From contig NZ_JBDFLX010000003.1 in NCBI RefSeq assembly GCF_047237965.1, positions 95,801 through 119,800 on the forward strand: DNA of 24,000 nucleotides. Reading direction: 5' to 3'. The notes under the pieces are model-generated. The model saw only the letters and a list, made by a program, of their open reading frames with translations. It had not been told where the DNA came from and searched no databases. A program made the translations under genes and the position numbers. This stretch comes from Noviherbaspirillum sp. 1P10PC. Lineage in GTDB: Bacteria; Pseudomonadota; Gammaproteobacteria; Burkholderiales; Burkholderiaceae_D. Below, in pieces: positions 16,087-24,000 of this stretch; the stretch's first letter is position 1; every line of letters begins with the position of its first letter.

Positions 16087-16917
16087 CTACGCTGCCCGTC
16101 GCATTGCAGGGATGTGCTTGAAGTAAAACGCATCTGGCGTCATGCCGTCAAGCGAACTATGAGGCCTGCGGCCGTTGTAGAAGTCGATATACCGTCCAAT
16201 CCCGCTGCGCGCAACACTGACTGTCTCGTAGGCGCGCAAGTAGACCTCTTCATACTTGATCGATTTCCAGAGCCGCTCTACAAATACGTTGTCGCGCCAG
16301 CAGCCCCGGCCATCCATGCTGATGGCAATGCCATTTTCCTTGAGGAGCTGGGTGAATTCTTGACTCGTAAACTGGCTACCCTGGTCGGTGTTGAAGATGT
16401 CCGGCTTGTCGTAGTGGTGGATTGCTTCCTGAACCGCCTCAATGCAGAAGTCAGTGGTCAGTGTGTTCGACAGGCGCCATGCCAGAACGCGGGGGCTGGC
16501 CCAATCCATCACGGCAAACAGATAGACGAAGCCTCGCTTCATTGGGATGTAGGTAATATGCGCGGCAAAGACTTGGTTCGGCAGGCTGAGATCCATCTGG
16601 CGCAGCAGGTACGGATAAACTGCGTGAGCAGGATGGCGCCGGCTGGTGTTGGGCTTCTTGTACACCGCTTCGATGGTCATGTGCTTCATCAGCGTCGTCA
16701 CATGTTTGCGGCCAATCGCATGGCCATCCTGCCGCAGCATGTCCCGTAGCATCCAACTGCCAGCAAACGGGTATTCCAGGTGCAGTTCGTCGATCCTGCG
16801 CATGAGCGCCAGGTCCGTTTCACTGGCCTGCCGAGAACGAGAGTAGGCAGTCGAGCGCGCCAGGGAGAGGTTCTGGCATTGCCGTGTCACCGGCAGAGCA
16901 TGGCTACGGTCGATCAT
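16087..16917 (-). CDS. IS3-family transposase OrfB (DDE integrase core)
   Basis: HITYIP...FVYLFAVMDWASPRVLAWRLS, FNTDQGSQFTSQEF, DNVFVERLWKSIKYEEVY and YNGRRPHSSL are hallmark rve-domain motifs. The frame stays open upstream through the slippery site. Confidence 0.92.
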   Translation of the reverse strand: MIDRSHALPVTRQCQNLSLARSTAYSRSRQASETDLALMRRIDELHLEYPFAGSWMLRDMLRQDGHAIGRKHVTTLMKHMTIEAVYKKPNTSRRHPAHAVYPYLLRQMDLSLPNQVFAAHITYIPMKRGFVYLFAVMDWASPRVLAWRLSNTLTTDFCIEAVQEAIHHYDKPDIFNTDQGSQFTSQEFTQLLKENGIAISMDGRGCWRDNVFVERLWKSIKYEEVYLRAYETVSVARSGIGRYIDFYNGRRPHSSLDGMTPDAFYFKHIPAMRRAA

Positions 16918-17219
16918 TTCTTTGCGCTTAGCAATCCCGCTTTGGTGAGCGCGCTTCCTAAAAAATCGATTTCCAGTGCCTGCTGCCCAATCTTTGCGTG
17001 CAACACTTTCAGGTCCGGCTCGTTCTCCTTCTTGCTGGCAGTACCGTCGAATACGTCAGCAGCCCGCTCCAGCAGCTGCCGCTTCCATTCGGTCACCTGG
17101 GTCGGATGGACTTGGGACTGCTCAGCGATTTTGGTGAGCGTCTTATCGCCACGTAATCCCGCTACGGCCACCTTGGCCTTAAAGCTGCCTGAGTGGTTCC
17201 GTCTGCTTCTATTTGTCAT
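16914..17219 (-). CDS. IS3-family transposase OrfA (HTH)
   Basis: MTNRSRRNHSGSFKAKVAVAGLRGDKTLTKIAEQSQVHPTQVTEWKRQLLE. The start at 17219 lies inside the IS, whereas the track start at 17273 lies outside the terminal repeat. ATGA overlap with OrfB. Confidence 0.9.
   Translation of the reverse strand: MTNRSRRNHSGSFKAKVAVAGLRGDKTLTKIAEQSQVHPTQVTEWKRQLLERAADVFDGTASKKENEPDLKVLHAKIGQQALEIDFLGSALTKAGLLSAKK
16959..16965 (-). other. Candidate -1 programmed frameshift heptamer T TTT TTA (orfA codons gaT TTT TTA)
   Basis: X XXY YYZ pattern in the orfA zero frame. By hand translation the orfB frame is the -1 frame and is open across the site (..FRKRAHQSGIAKRKEMIDRS..). Confidence 0.6.
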
Positions 17220-17282
17220 ACGCTTGCTCCTGTATTCGGCCTTGCGACCGAGATTTTGAAGCAAGGTTTCCACTTATCCATC

Positions 17283-17691
17283 TGCCCGAATTCCCGGGAC
17301 CACTTCTAAGAACAGATTTGATGACCTATACGCCCGAGTTTCGTGCGGAAGCGGTCAAGCTGGCATTGGAACAAGGACTTTCGCTGGAAGTGGCGGCGCA
17401 GCGGCTGTGGGTGCCGAAAGGGACGTTGTCAAACTGGGTCAGGGCTACCAAGCGGGGGTCAACAGCATCAGCCTCAGCCCCCGGCAGTCGTGGTGCCGCT
17501 GACTTGGAAGCGGAGAACGCCAGGTTGCGCCGTGAGCTCGCGGTGGAGCGCATGGAGAAGGAAGTCTTAAAAAATGCCCCGCGAGCCTCGCCGCCGTCCT
17601 GATAAGTAGGAACATCATTGGCAGAAAGACATGGAATGGTGCTCTTGAAAGCCCATGTCGACGACACACGTTACGCGGACCACTCTCGTAA
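17283..17691 (+). mobile_element. Truncated second IS3-family element: left end, orfA and about 40 codons of orfB
   Basis: TG-initiated end TGCCCGAATTCCCGGGACCACTT at 17283. The orfA is followed by an A AAA AAT heptamer (17569-17575). The -1 frame continues KKCPASLAAVLISRNIIGRKTWNGALESPCRRHTLRGPLS and then stops at 17689-17691, after which AT-rich unrelated sequence follows. Confidence 0.65.
17321..17602 (+). CDS. IS3/IS911-type transposase OrfA of the truncated element
   Basis: MTYTPEFRAEAVKLALEQGLSLEVAAQRLWVPKGTLSNWVR...LEAENARLRRELAVERMEKEVLK is the typical HTH plus leucine-zipper OrfA pattern. Confidence 0.75.
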   Translation: MTYTPEFRAEAVKLALEQGLSLEVAAQRLWVPKGTLSNWVRATKRGSTASASAPGSRGAADLEAENARLRRELAVERMEKEVLKNAPRASPPS

Positions 17692-18647
17692 GTAATTGAT
17701 TTTTAAATCGGAAAAGCAGACTGCCGATAATTTTAGGTGCCAATTTTATGGGCGGTCTGCAATTTGGCGCCGTCACACGCGACGATCATAACAACCTCGA
17801 AAAATATCGTGTACCTATTGATGGCCGAGTTTTCCTGCCTGCTGCAGAATCCGAGTCGAACTAAGCCTGGGGGCCTTGCTATAGCCGGAAGAGTTCAACC
17901 AAGCCGATGACGACGTTATCGAGCGGGATGCCCAGGCAGCATGCCGAGCCACCGGTATTGCCTTGCGCCATGCCGCTAGATCATACGGCGCACCGGGGCG
18001 ATGTCATAGAACGGATCACTGCCAGCGCGCGTCCGGTATTCCGGGTGGGCGCGCCTGAAAAAGAGAGCAGCAGCGTCGCCCGAGACAACCGACCCCAGGA
18101 CTAGTCGTTGGGTTTTGAGGTTGTAAATCAAGGCGAATTGCACGGCGCAGGGAAAAGAAGAAGAACAAGAACAGAATGAATTTTAGTAGAGGCGTCTCCG
18201 GCGCCAGCGTAGAAACGGCCCACCAGAACAGCAGCATTTGGACCTAGCCAACCATGCCCGAACCCTATACTGAAACCGGATCGAATGCTCATGGATATGA
18301 TGCGAGATTTCAGAATTAACGCCAATCACGCCGTTAGAAACCTCCCGTGGTGGCTTTTCTGCCTGTTGTCTTTTGTTGTTCTTTTTATCGCCACAGATTG
18401 TTGCATCGAAAGTGGCGTTCATCAAAGGGAGCAGCGCGAGACTGAAACGGCGTATGCCGTTAGTTCGATTTTCGAATCAGCGGCACGGCGTGCCTTTACC
18501 AGGTCGCACGTTATACCGCTAACAGTGAACCAATGGATAGCTTGAAGGCATCCTCAGCAACGTTGAACTGCCCATCGCTCACATTCTCAAATGGAGAAGG
18601 TTCAGCCAAGCTCTGACATCAGCCCTCCCTGTTTGAACGTTATGGGG

Positions 18648-19352
18648 TCATTTCCGCCCCGGCCCCAGAATTGCCTCGCGTGCAAATCCGATCGCGATCC
18701 CGGGCAAAGATGAATCGCCGCGCTGGACTCGCTGCAAGACTCTGCGAATCCATGCCCTAGGGTCCTGCTTTTCTTGAAAAGTCCGAGCTGCTCGGATTTT
18801 TTTCAACACCCTTGCCAGCTCTTCCTGTGAAGACTTCGTATTTCCCGTAGTGGGGGAGTAGGCAAGCGTTGGCTTCAGGATGTTCGACCATTTCCCCTTG
18901 TGCACCTCCTTCTCCAGCGCGGCCTCCCATCGCGGCTTGATTGCCGCATAGCCTTCCTGCTTCAACTCAAAAAACATGCCGGCTGCCGCGAAGTAGATCG
19001 CGGGGTGCGACCATATGCCCGTCTCGCCGCGCTCGCGCGCATTCATACCCGCGATGGCCTCCATATACGCCGCGGCAGGGTTAAGGATTGGCTTGCAAAG
19101 AGCAATGTACTCCGGCAAGGTCGGCGGCCATTTGCACGTCACCAAAGCTACAAGGCCGCGATTTAGTTCTTCCGGGGTAAGCTTCCCCAACTCCATGGCC
19201 CATACCGCCTTCACTGTCGCATTGTCGGTTCCCTGCCATTGCTGCGCGAATTTTGCGCCGTAGTAGCCGTGCATGCGTTCAAAAAGGCTTTCAACCCAAT
19301 GCAATGGGACGGGCTGCGGATGTGATGTAGATGAATTCGGAACGTTGCTCAT
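18648..19352 (-). CDS. Lambda P-like replication protein (helicase-loader family)
   Basis: 234 aa, against 233 aa for lambda P. VESLFERMHGYYGAKFAQQW...VKAVWAMELGKLTPEELNRGLVAL...WPPTLPEYIALCKP is collinear with lambda P INGVFSQLLATFPASL...IRRQWVLAFRENGITTMEQVNAGM...PFLPSPGQFVAWCR. GGAGG lies 5-6 nt upstream of the ATG. Confidence 0.6.
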   Translation of the reverse strand: MSNVPNSSTSHPQPVPLHWVESLFERMHGYYGAKFAQQWQGTDNATVKAVWAMELGKLTPEELNRGLVALVTCKWPPTLPEYIALCKPILNPAAAYMEAIAGMNARERGETGIWSHPAIYFAAAGMFFELKQEGYAAIKPRWEAALEKEVHKGKWSNILKPTLAYSPTTGNTKSSQEELARVLKKIRAARTFQEKQDPRAWIRRVLQRVQRGDSSLPGIAIGFAREAILGPGRK

Positions 19353-20145
19353 GTTGCCTCCTGCCTGTTAGACCTTCGATGGTTTCGCGCTGCGCGCGCT
19401 CCTTCTCCGACTCGTACCGGAAAGGAGAGGCTCGCGGCTGCACAGCTCCTGCCACATTCATCGATGCTTTTTCTCTGGCCCAGCGCTCAAGGATCTTCAA
19501 CACATAGCCCACGCCAATACTTTCGTTAGGCTTTGATCGCTTTGCTTCACCGCATGCAGCGGCGACGGTCTCGGGCGTGATGCCTTGCGAGGCAAGGGCA
19601 ATAAGCCGTGGGTCTGCAGGCTGCGCCGGTATGCCGGCTGTTCTCATGACAACGCTCAAATCGGCTGGTGTCACAGCGCGCGCGCCTACTTCGATGTCTT
19701 GACGCTGGCGGTGATCCTGCTGGGGGTTCGGAGAATCAGGAATCAGGGAATCTGGAATCGGAGAATCAGCCGGATTAGCATTATGGGACCACGGTTCTTG
19801 CCCGGTGCCGGCACCGGACAAGGCTGGTGCCGGTATGGCGCTCTGCTTTTCATCTTTGTGTGGGTGTTGGTGTTTATCGAATGCAAGAATCTGAATATAC
19901 CTAGCGTCACCATTTTTGTAGCGCAATAGGAACCCAGAAGATTCCAGATCATCCAGCGCGCCGTCTATATCAACGTTGTCTGCTGGAAAGACTGCCATCT
20001 TGATGCGCTTGGGGCGATCCTCCAGACGGCCGGCACGATCGGCGACAGTCCACAGGCCAATGAAGAGCAGCCTGGTCGAGAACGGGAGCCCAACGAGTTC
20101 CTCATTTACAAAAAATCCAGGTTTGATATTTCGTGCGCGGGCCAT
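19291..20145 (-). CDS. Phage-type replication initiator-like protein (O-like by position), with a conserved phage N-terminal domain
   Basis: The N-terminus MARARNIKPGFFVNEELVGLPFSTRLLFIGLWTVADRAGRLEDRPKRIK is a recurrent phage-protein N-terminus. A Pro/Asp/Ser-rich linker separates the two halves. The gene overlaps the P-like gene by 62 nt. GAGGAG lies upstream of the ATG. Confidence 0.55.
   Translation of the reverse strand: MARARNIKPGFFVNEELVGLPFSTRLLFIGLWTVADRAGRLEDRPKRIKMAVFPADNVDIDGALDDLESSGFLLRYKNGDARYIQILAFDKHQHPHKDEKQSAIPAPALSGAGTGQEPWSHNANPADSPIPDSLIPDSPNPQQDHRQRQDIEVGARAVTPADLSVVMRTAGIPAQPADPRLIALASQGITPETVAAACGEAKRSKPNESIGVGYVLKILERWAREKASMNVAGAVQPRASPFRYESEKERAQRETIEGLTGRRQHEQRSEFIYITSAARPIALG
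19729..19779. repeat. Short tandem GGAATC/GAGAATC repeats (about 15-nt period) inside the O-like gene linker
   Basis: CGGAGAATCAGGAATCAGGGAATCTGGAATCGGAGAATCAGCCGGATTAGC, which encodes DSPIPDSLIPDSPNP on the minus strand. It is followed by the perfect 16-bp palindrome CCGGTGCCGGCACCGG at 19802-19817. Confidence 0.8.
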
Positions 20146-21027
20146 GGCTATACTCCTCTGGAAGCTTTAAGGAGCTCACGCCGCGATCCGCATCTTGTTC
20201 CGGTTCTTGGCGCCGTTCCCGGCAACCCCCGAAAGCTGTCGGTTATTGCGAGCGTCATTCGGACTGCCCTCACATTAGGGGGTAGTCGTCGGTTCATTAC
20301 ATGATTTCCAATCGAAAAACTCATTCCTAACCTCTTTGTCAGTAAAGTTATTTCACGTCTGCACTGGCAGTCGCCTTGGCGGGGTGGTTTCAACAGAGAC
20401 CAGCACCAGCACAAGCCCAACGATTGTGGCAGTACCCCGGCAACGAACTGCAGCGAATGCGGCAGAGAAATTCAACACATTCGCTGGTCTTCAGGCTTTG
20501 GGGGTATCCAACTTCCGACAGAAGCCAAAAGCGTCAGTCGTAAGTCAGTTCTGGGGAGTCACGAGTGCGAAATGAGAAGATCTATAGAACATCCATTACC
20601 TTGCCGCTCAGTTCGATGCTGGTCGACAAGGGTTATACTTTGTAACACTGTAGGGCACGCATATCGTGGCTTCCAAGGGTCCATACAATCCGTAGCGCCG
20701 CCAAAAACAGCGTCACTATCGGAAGAAAGCACGTCATGACGCCTACAAGAGTGAGTTCATTAGTAAGCGCCTAGCGAACTCACCTTGTGACAGGTGGGCA
20801 TATAGGGATGACCGTGTCCCTCTATGTTGAAGGGCGAACCGATCCGAACGACAAAAGAGTTGGAAGCGGGCCTGTCATCGCTGGATACCTGTGCTATTTC
20901 CTTAATACTGCCCGCTAGATGTGTTTTGCAATTCGAGTAGTAGAACGGCTGCTATGGGCGATGACCGTCGTTTAGCATCAACATGCGCTGACAAAGAGTC
21001 AAAATTCTCTTAAAAGCGGCGGTTCTA

Positions 21028-21679
21028 TCAGCGAATTTTTGGTTTGGGTCGATTTTTCCATTCTTCGAAATCAAACCCTTGTCTCTCGGTAGGGTGCGGA
21101 TAAGCCGCGTCAGGATCTCTTCCGTCTATCTCTTCTATTGGAATTATGTCGTCCAGTGCTTTGCTTGCGATGAGCTTTGACATCTGATCAGGAGAAAGCG
21201 CTTCCAGAAAGCGCCGGAGTACCTCTGGATCAGGAATGAGCCCACTATTCAAACCTCCGGACGCCGTTTCACTCAACCTTTCCTTTTTCTCCTGAGAGTT
21301 TTCCGTTGTGGCCTGCTGTACGAATGCAATACATACCCCCGTCGGGTCGATGATCGAAAATTCCCGTGTTCCCCCAAGGTCGCGAGCCCAATAATCCATT
21401 GGGGTGCACGCAACCGTTCTCCTGGCAACGTCGATATAACGTATCGATCCGCTCGACCACAATACGCAGGCTGGTCCAATCGGCAAGATTCTTGTCTTGG
21501 TTGTCGAACAGATGCAATCTCACGCCGTTGCAGCCGAGAATTGCAAACTGTGCGGGGTCGGCGTCACGGTAAGTTAGTTCAAATCCAAGGGCGTTTCGGT
21601 AGAAGGCGATGCCTTCTTCGACATCGCGAGCAGGGATCAGAGGCGAGACATTCCAGAAATTAGTAGCTATAGATTGCAT
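21028..21679 (-). pseudogene. VOC/glyoxalase-bleomycin-resistance family gene disrupted by a single-base frameshift, with a C-terminal extension
   Basis: The N-terminal part, IPARDVEEGIAFYRNALGFELTY...GVRLHLF, is in one frame (ORF 21269-21679). TREFSIIDPTGVCIAFVQ continues in the ORF 21028-21486 frame. Removing one C from the C5 run at 21371-21375 joins ..RPWG to TREFSIIDPTG. Confidence 0.7.
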
Positions 21680-22485
21680 CTGGGCTCCATGCTGAGTCTA
21701 ACAGGTGGCAACGACCCAGCCACGTTACCTGACACTTAATAGGTGATCAATAACATCGCGGTGCCGCCGCGTCATGAAATACATAAACCCGCCAACCACT
21801 CTTTCAGGAGAGAAAGCTCCGTTTCGGGGTCGCTTGTTGGCGTCCGCCAACAAGCTGCCAACGTCTGCTTTCATGGTTCGTCAAAATAGACTGTAAGCGG
21901 ACATTTCTCTACGTCAATCAAAGGCGCATGTCGGCTAAAGGCGGTCATTCCACGAGACGAAGGAGAACAGCTCCTTGGCAACGGCAACCTGCCATCGAAC
22001 CAGCCGTTGTGATGGAGGCGGCGTCCACCAATTAAGTCGATCAGATTGTTTCAGGAAGTTTTAAGTACTCGAACAAAGCATATAAAAATCAATAACTTGG
22101 TTCTATTTTCTGTTTCTGCCCGTTTCAGATGTTTATCTGAATCCCGCTCAATGTGGTGGGGTAGAATGGAGGGGTAACCAATTGGGTGGAGGGGGCCATA
22201 AAATCGGCGACACCGCCTCGGTTGTCTGGAAAGTAGAGGACATCCGTAAACTGATCACGGAGGTCGCTTCCTGACCACCCCGTCTACTGGCTTTGATCGG
22301 TTTGATGAAGCCGGTAAAGCGCAGCAAGAGTATTGCAAAAGGTGCAGAAAGCGAACCTCGTGTTCTGCTTCGAGAGGATAGAAAGCCCCTGCTGGCTACA
22401 ACTTATTCCGCGGCAAAACTACTCCGAGACGCAAGGCAGTCAACTCAAGATGGTGTTCAGGCATTTAACAACGGATGGTGCCGCA

Positions 22486-24000
22486 TTATAGGTCGTCGAT
22501 AGCTGTAGTTATTTTTGCATGCCGCTCTGATTTTGCCACGATTGGGAAAGAAAGGGTTTTCATTGGCAGTAGAACACTTTCGAAAATCTCCCTACGAAGT
22601 GGGTTTTTAAGGCGACCGGCGATTGCCTTAGCAGGAATTCTAATTGGACGAAATGAATTATTTCTAAAGAGCAAACTTTTCTCAGCGTCGTTCTCTAAAG
22701 TGGTGCGTAAAAACTCGTCGTCAAGAAACTTCGATTCGCTCGTCAAATATACAGATAAACTCGAAAAGGCAGCAATTATATCGATCTCAATATCGACTCC
22801 AGTTCCTATGTCGCGATATTTTTTAAACGATCTTTGAATCAACTTCTCGATAGGTCCAAACCGTTTTTGTTCGATTAAAATCGAGTTGTCACCTTCCCGT
22901 AATTGTGAACAATGGGTAAGAAGGCGAACAAAGGAGGCCGTTATAAGCCATTCGTAAGCGTTTCGAATAACGTCTTTATCGTCTTTTTCGTGCAATGAAG
23001 TGGCTACTTCAGCTAGACAAAACGCAGCTACCGCTGCCGAAACTTCACCGCCCATTGCGACGATTTTTCCAAGTTTTGTGAATCTTTCAGACAACTCTGC
23101 TGAAGTGAGTAAAGTGTCCCGCGCATCAATCATGCCAATAATTAATGTTTCTGCTGGACTTATAGTCGCGTAATTTTCATTGGCCAGAGCGCGGTCTGAA
23201 ATAGTGGAATTAGACTGGTAATATCGGACATACCCAAAAGATAATGGCCCCGCGCAAGCAACTAGCGTCTCGAACCAATCCAGCATTACGTCTGCCTGAC
23301 CAGGAGCTTCCTGTAAAAAGTTCGTGATATCCGAAGTTAATGTCTTACTTAGAACGACGTGCTGTTCTGCTGAAATTTTTACTTTGCGTAGTCGCTCAGC
23401 AACAAGGAATTCCAGAAACGACCGGTGTGCAAAGTAAAGAATCCCCGTTTCCTTTTCTTCCGTCAACGTAGATACGATATATTCGTTTAATTTTGTATCG
23501 AGATTCGTCGCCCCACCGTTTGGGAGGCCTTGTAACAAGTCAGTGGGGACATCGTGTCGGTTGAAGTGACCTTGACTTTCTCTTCGTGTCCACATCCACC
23601 ACGTTAGCTCCCGCTGAAAAGTAAGCCGATCCTCTGTCGAAATTAATTTTCTTACACGCTTTTCACTGTCACGTTCTACCAGTTGTCGAATAAACTGCTC
23701 ATACAATGTGTAAGCCGTAAAACCCCTGAGATCAAAGGCAGGATCTGCGGCGAGGTCAGCTACTATCCTTGCTTGCACCGGGCGCCGTAAAAGTTCAAAG
23801 GCGATTTGGTCTTTTATTTCAGTGACTCGGGAGTTAACAAAATCTTCCAGGGCGAGTGAAGAGTTCGCGACTCTATATTGTAAGTAGGAACGTAAAAATT
23901 TATCTACTTCAGTGGAATCAAAGAATGCTATTTGCTCTTCGGACCACGGTGGGAAAGCTGGATCATTGTGAATTTGAGCCCCGACCATTCTTTGGCCTCG
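22486..24000 (-). CDS. C-terminal 500+ aa of a STAND (NACHT-like) NTPase; the 5' end lies outside the window
   Basis: The frame is open upstream of the Met at 23988 up to position 24000 (RGQR precedes MVGAQ). ILYFAHRSFLEFLVAERL is the typical F-x-H-x-S-F-x-E-F/Y-L-x-A helix that follows NACHT NTPase cores. It is followed by about 300 aa of helical sequence. The Walker motifs are not in the window. Confidence 0.55.
   Translation of the reverse strand, partial: RGQRMVGAQIHNDPAFPPWSEEQIAFFDSTEVDKFLRSYLQYRVANSSLALEDFVNSRVTEIKDQIAFELLRRPVQARIVADLAADPAFDLRGFTAYTLYEQFIRQLVERDSEKRVRKLISTEDRLTFQRELTWWMWTRRESQGHFNRHDVPTDLLQGLPNGGATNLDTKLNEYIVSTLTEEKETGILYFAHRSFLEFLVAERLRKVKISAEQHVVLSKTLTSDITNFLQEAPGQADVMLDWFETLVACAGPLSFGYVRYYQSNSTISDRALANENYATISPAETLIIGMIDARDTLLTSAELSERFTKLGKIVAMGGEVSAAVAAFCLAEVATSLHEKDDKDVIRNAYEWLITASFVRLLTHCSQLREGDNSILIEQKRFGPIEKLIQRSFKKYRDIGTGVDIEIDIIAAFSSLSVYLTSESKFLDDEFLRTTLENDAEKSLLFRNNSFRPIRIPAKAIAGRLKNPLRREIFESVLLPMKTLSFPIVAKSERHAKITTAIDDL

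Larger units (their letters stand above)
16052..17272 (-). mobile_element. Intact IS3-family insertion sequence (about 1.22 kb)
   Basis: Terminal inverted repeats are TGGAACCTGGCTGAT at 16052 and TGGAAACCTTGCTTC as the reverse complement of 17272-17258 (TG...CA ends). The complementarity can be extended 4 nt outward, to 16048/17276. The element contains orfA/orfB with a slippery heptamer. Confidence 0.9.

Noticed and set aside
16114-16749. 211-aa plus-strand ORF inside the IS3 element
   Set aside because: It is antisense to the clearly recognisable OrfB integrase-core frame.
20148-20575. ORFs 20148-20420 (minus) and 20336-20575 (plus) upstream of the O-like gene, considered as possible cro/cII-like regulators
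   Set aside because: The sequences are Cys/Arg/Thr/Ser-rich, with no HTH pattern and no ribosome-binding site. The region is more plausibly promoter or leader DNA.
20751-20796. Inverted repeats GTGAGTTC-N17-GAACTCAC and CACCT-N6-AGGTG as a possible small RNA or terminator
   Set aside because: The stems are short with a large loop. There is no adjoining T-tract or promoter-like sequence, and no second copy. The evidence is insufficient.
1-24000. Search for CRISPR arrays, rRNA, tRNA, retron-like msr/msd structures or reverse transcriptase
   Set aside because: No regularly spaced 25-40-nt direct repeats, no rRNA-like or cloverleaf sequence and no RT motif (YxDD) ORF were seen on either strand.

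Overview
The window has two compositionally different parts joined at an IS6-family element. No rRNA, tRNA or CRISPR array was found by eye. All functional calls rest on motif-level reading of the translations, with no database search. LEFT PART (1-6273, visibly GC-rich): a densely packed minus-strand operon of five ORFs, joined by gaps of 6-41 nt or an ATGA stop/start overlap. (1) A 457-aa protein made of two paralogous halves, with acidic/aromatic repeats, a glycine-zipper segment and a repeated E-x-LS-x-ED-x-EFE-x-AK-x-FV-x-LA motif. (2) A 439-aa protein carrying HEVGH, a zincin-type HExxH motif. (3) A 734-aa protein with no family I can name. (4) A divergent alpha-oxoamine-synthase-like PLP enzyme. 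(5) The start of a further ORF that leaves the window. I cannot assign this operon to any characterised system, and it is my main candidate for something new. RIGHT PART (about 7253-24000, visibly more AT-rich, with several ORF-poor stretches): a mosaic of mobile-element functions. It holds a DUF2384-like antitoxin whose coupled downstream ORF runs into the IS6 end, and an AT-rich cassette of orphan ORFs next to a divergent XRE regulator. It also holds a tyrosine recombinase and a ParM/ParR-type partition module preceded by five phased 17-bp palindromes (parC-like). Further along are an intact IS3-family element beside a truncated second IS3-family copy, a lambda O/P-like replication gene pair, a frameshifted VOC/glyoxalase gene, and the 3' part of a STAND/NACHT-like NTPase gene that runs out of the window.
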